In this document: positions 60,636-64,000 of the stretch, piece after piece
Layout: each line of letters starts with the position of its first letter
Numbering within the stretch: the stretch's first letter is position 1
Origin: Octopus vulgaris
Lineage: Eukaryota
NCBI GenBank assembly: GCA_951406725.2
Contig: OX597817.1
Coordinates: forward strand, 66,092,001-66,156,000
DNA: 64,000 nt
Direction of reading: 5' to 3'
Translations under genes and position numbers: made by a program
Notes under the pieces: generated by a model
Seen by the model: the letters and a program-made list of their open reading frames with translations, nothing else
Databases searched by the model: none
What the model was told of the DNA's origin: nothing

Positions 60636-61224
60636 GTCTCCAAAACAGAATAATATAGTTAGATTATGTCTTTAGTTTCGTTTATTAATTAAGATTGTTT
60701 ACTTCTTGAAGTAAATGAGAAAATTAATAACAACTCTCAAAGTAGAAGAGGTAACTATAACGAGACACAATAACTTTCAGAGATATTTCCTAAGACTGAA
60801 CATTCAATACTACTTATATGGATCTTTTCACTATCTGATCAGATGTTTGAAACAAAATATCATTTGAAAAGAAATTATACATATTTCGCGGTTTTTTTAT
60901 AAACTTCCGACCACCTTACACTTTTCAAAATAACTGTAATTTCCAAGAATACTGCTAGTCTCTGCACATATATAGAAATTATAGACGTTGAGAAAAACAC
61001 GAAAGAGAAAGATATTTTCCTTCAAATACTGCCGAACTCAACTTCGCCTTTCTCCTTGCTGGGTCCATGAAATAAAATACCAGGAAAGTTACAGAGTTCG
61101 ATTTAGTTGACTTAGGCTTACATTTTTATTTAGCCCAAGAACTCATGAGGCCGGTTACCCGGTTTCTAGATCGCAATATTCCTCTGAACGAGACGCCGAC
61201 CAGTTGCAGGGTTCAAGGCAAGCT

Positions 61225-61410
61225 ATTCTGGGGGGAGGGACCGAGGAAATTACGTCGACCAGGTATTTATCTGGTACTTTATTTTATCGACTCCGAAAGG
61301 ATGAAAGGCAAAGTTAACCTCGATGGGATTTGAACTTATAACATGAAAAGCCGGAAGAAATGCCGATGAATATTTTGTCCGGCGTGTTAACGATTCTTTC
61401 AGCTCACTGC
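61225..61410 (-). mobile_element. SINE family A
   Basis: ctggtactttattttatcgactccgaaaggatgaaaggcaaagttaacctcg. Confidence 0.8.
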
Positions 61411-61444
61411 CAGATTTGACTTATACCCTTCTTTAAAACCTGTG

Positions 61445-62040
61445 ACCTGTGCGGATAGGAATTGGAATGAGACGACGAACAGAGTCTCCTGTCACGCCTG
61501 GAAATGGGCCGAAATGAATCTATCCTTGAAAGATCGAGTAATGGTGGCGAACGCTGCATCGCTACCGTTATGCTTTGTTCCAGTTTTCGTTTGATCACAT
61601 TATAATGTCTGCCATTTGCTTCTTGTCGATGCGAGGTGTTCCATTGGGCAAGCGGCCTACCACCAAAATCATCAGCTTAGAGGGTTCGAGATACTATGGT
61701 TGGTGAGGTTCAGGATGTGCCGAGGCTGCGACATTTGCGAGAGATTCCTGGATGGTGAGTGGGTTCCCTCTACATACACATCACACACAGCTTGTCCCTT
61801 TGACAGAGCTGCAGCCCCGAGTGAAGCAAAAACCCAAACTGGTGCTTGGTATCTGGTATATTGTCAGGTACTCAGAGCCCTTTCAAATCGAGCGATACGA
61901 CCGAAGGAAGAGCGATAATATTTACAGAAAAAAACTCTAGGCATCGACGAGAATCCATTGTAGGCGTTGCTAGAAGTACCGTTAGCTGGGCCTATCTGAG
62001 ATGCGCCCAGAGAACTATGAAATCAGTCTACCCATAGTCA
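61445..62040 (+). mobile_element. Tx1/L1-clade LINE ORF2 remnant
   Basis: DRNWNETTNRV...WKWAEMNLSLKDRVMVAN fits the NW..W..LSL.GR..V.N pattern. RLRHLR follows after frameshifts. The right boundary is approximate. Confidence 0.55.
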
Positions 62041-62558
62041 TCCATTGTCCGAACATTTAAGAATTTTGAATTTTTATCAAACAGCTGTACTCACATGCAG
62101 AACAGATCAGTTGTGTGAATTGCCCCTGCTACCTTCCTTTGACCAGGAAGCACGAGTGTTTTTCCTCTATCTAATGGTGAAAAATGTTCTGTGCTGGTAC
62201 AACCAAAAAGACCGAGGACGACCTACTAGAAATAGTAACTAATCCTTTTGTAAAAAAAGTGGAGAATACATTGAGAAATATAGTTGTAGATATACAAAAA
62301 AAAAACCGGTTGGGATGCCTTTGATCATAGGTTTGTTCGATCGGGGATTAAACAAACAACATTTAAAAACTGATATGAAGGCCCAATATTTTAGGTACGT
62401 AAATAGGATGTTATGTTCCTGCTTTATCTAAAGACATTACCAGGTAAAGAAAAATTAACTGGTTTCAACTGAAAATCGAAACCGGATTGCAAAATTGTCG
62501 GCTGTTTGATATTTCTCTTTGGTTAAGTGTAGAAAAAAAGTGTAAAACCTTTGAGCAC

Positions 62559-62595
62559 TATAAAAAGTTGAAAGCTTGGTTAGTTTACACAGTCT
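62559..62595 (+). promoter_or_regulatory. Putative TATA box + initiator of the CNOT2-like gene
   Basis: TATAAAAAG at 62559-62567 and an Inr-like ACAGTC about 30 nt downstream, ~70 nt before the ATG. Confidence 0.45.
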
Positions 62596-62660
62596 TTTAC
62601 AGGCAGTGCCATATTCAGATGTAACTGTGCTGTGTTTCCAGAATATCTGCCTAGGTAAAA

Positions 62661-63893
62661 ATGAATTCTAATCAAAACAGAGAAAATGTTTCTTTGTGCC
62701 TTGGAGAAGGAAATTATACGTATCGTTCACGAACTGCAAACCATCCATGCCTGTATTCAAACGTTGTGAAATATGGGGCTACAACACATAAGGACAATGT
62801 TCAGCTGAATGAAAACGAGTCAAATCTACAATCTTCCACTGCATTTTCTAATCTATCGTTACCGCTTTTAGACGATAAACTAAACCTTGATTTACATATC
62901 ACCATGGATCAATCAAGTGGCAGAATATGTAATAAAATATCAGACTCTGAAACTGTTAGTCATCAACCCAGTATAACGCACAAACAAAACAAAACCAGGT
63001 TCAAATCGACTACATCTCGCGAAATTCAGGAAAGACATGCACAATTCAATGCCTCAAGAGGAATAGTCCCTACCTATGCTGATGTTTCCAAAACTTGGAT
63101 GGATCCAAGCACTTGTGCATCAACGTGGCAGTGGACAGGGAAGCAGGAGAACGTAATTCCTTCCACTAATACTATCCTCGACGATTATGCGACTCCAAAA
63201 GGCACGACTTTCTCACTTACTAGTGATCATTCAGCGTTATCAGGAGTTACACCAGTACAGCAGTTCCCACACGAACATCCAAGTATCACAGACGGAAGAA
63301 AGAAACCTCCTCTAAACGTGCGAGGTAGTATGCCGGAATCTAGGTACAGTGCTACAAAAAATCGAAACATTAATGCTGGTTATGATTTTGGGCTCTTGTC
63401 TTTCTTTCAAGACTTAGAATTAAAACGAAGTTTGCCACCGGGTAACGAGCATTTGACTGGCCTGAATTTAAACAAATTGTTACCGAATAAAAATGGAAGT
63501 CAATTGGACAAATTCAAAAATCCCTGGACACCGATTCCTGCTCAACCAAAAAACATTGATCAATATAATCCCACCGAATACATAAACAATTACAGAATAA
63601 AGGAGCAATTGCCTCCAGTAAAACTTTCAAGGTACTCCGATGATGTATTGTTTTATCTATTTTACGTATATGTTGGAGATACGATGCAAATGGCGGCTTC
63701 GTTTGAACTCTTCAAACGAGAATGGCGTTATAACAAAATTGAAAAAATATGGATGTCCAGAATTCCTGGTGTCATTCCCGATGCCACCGGCAGTGACTGG
63801 GAACGGGGGTGTTTCTTTTACTTTAATACAAAAACTTGGCAGAAGGAAATCAAAACATTTACAATCGACGTAAGGAAGACTATTGTTATGTAA
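62661..63893 (+). CDS. CNOT2: Intronless CCR4-NOT subunit 2-like protein (NOT2/NOT3/NOT5 C-terminal NOT-box); divergent paralogue, probable retrogene
   Basis: 410-aa open ORF with AAAATG start context. The C-terminal ~170 aa (KFKNPW..., PTEYINN.RIKEQL..VKLSRYSDDVLFYLFY...AASFELFKREWRYNK..KIW..., ERG.FFYFN..TWQKE.K.F) matches the CNOT2 NOT-box as I recall it. The N-terminal part is S/T/N/Q-rich and not recognisable. Confidence 0.85.
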   Translation: MNSNQNRENVSLCLGEGNYTYRSRTANHPCLYSNVVKYGATTHKDNVQLNENESNLQSSTAFSNLSLPLLDDKLNLDLHITMDQSSGRICNKISDSETVSHQPSITHKQNKTRFKSTTSREIQERHAQFNASRGIVPTYADVSKTWMDPSTCASTWQWTGKQENVIPSTNTILDDYATPKGTTFSLTSDHSALSGVTPVQQFPHEHPSITDGRKKPPLNVRGSMPESRYSATKNRNINAGYDFGLLSFFQDLELKRSLPPGNEHLTGLNLNKLLPNKNGSQLDKFKNPWTPIPAQPKNIDQYNPTEYINNYRIKEQLPPVKLSRYSDDVLFYLFYVYVGDTMQMAASFELFKREWRYNKIEKIWMSRIPGVIPDATGSDWERGCFFYFNTKTWQKEIKTFTIDVRKTIVM

Positions 63894-63995
63894 TGCAGTC
63901 TTTTAACTCCGATTCCATCATTGCTTGAAGGAAGACCATTGAAGGAAGACCATTGTTATGTAATGCAGTCTTTTAACTCCGATTCCATCATTGCT
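63872..63995 (+). repeat. Tandem duplication (~54-nt unit, 70-nt period) covering the CNOT2-like stop codon
   Basis: aaggaagacYattgttatgtaatgcagtcttttaactccgattccatcattgct at 63872-63925 and 63942-63995. Confidence 0.9.
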
Positions 63996-64000
63996 CAACC

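Overview
Eukaryotic, AT-rich, repeat-dense genomic DNA. The repeat families suggest a coleoid cephalopod such as Octopus (inference). Most ORFs in the six-frame track are microsatellite or TE artefacts. Two host genes can be read. (1) A 9-exon + strand gene (CDS 2185..48954, about 600 aa). All eight introns are GT-AG and phase-compatible. It encodes a 7-TM protein with the architecture of the gustatory-receptor-like / 7TM ion channel (GRL, DUF3537, PHTF) superfamily, and has a candidate alternative first coding exon at 29344..29402. (2) An intronless, divergent CNOT2-like (NOT-box) ORF at 62661..63893 with a TATA box upstream, probably a retrogene. The rest is TE debris: tRNA-derived SINEs, RTE, CR1/L2-like, Tx1-like and Penelope LINE fragments, Tc1/mariner/DD37D remnants, a near full-length decayed Chapaev3 element with a 3-bp TSD, Helitron-like elements and nested MITEs. 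Several unrelated short repeats carry hammerhead-ribozyme-like cores, and four of them sit in inverted (fold-back) duplications. All calls were made by eye without database searches.
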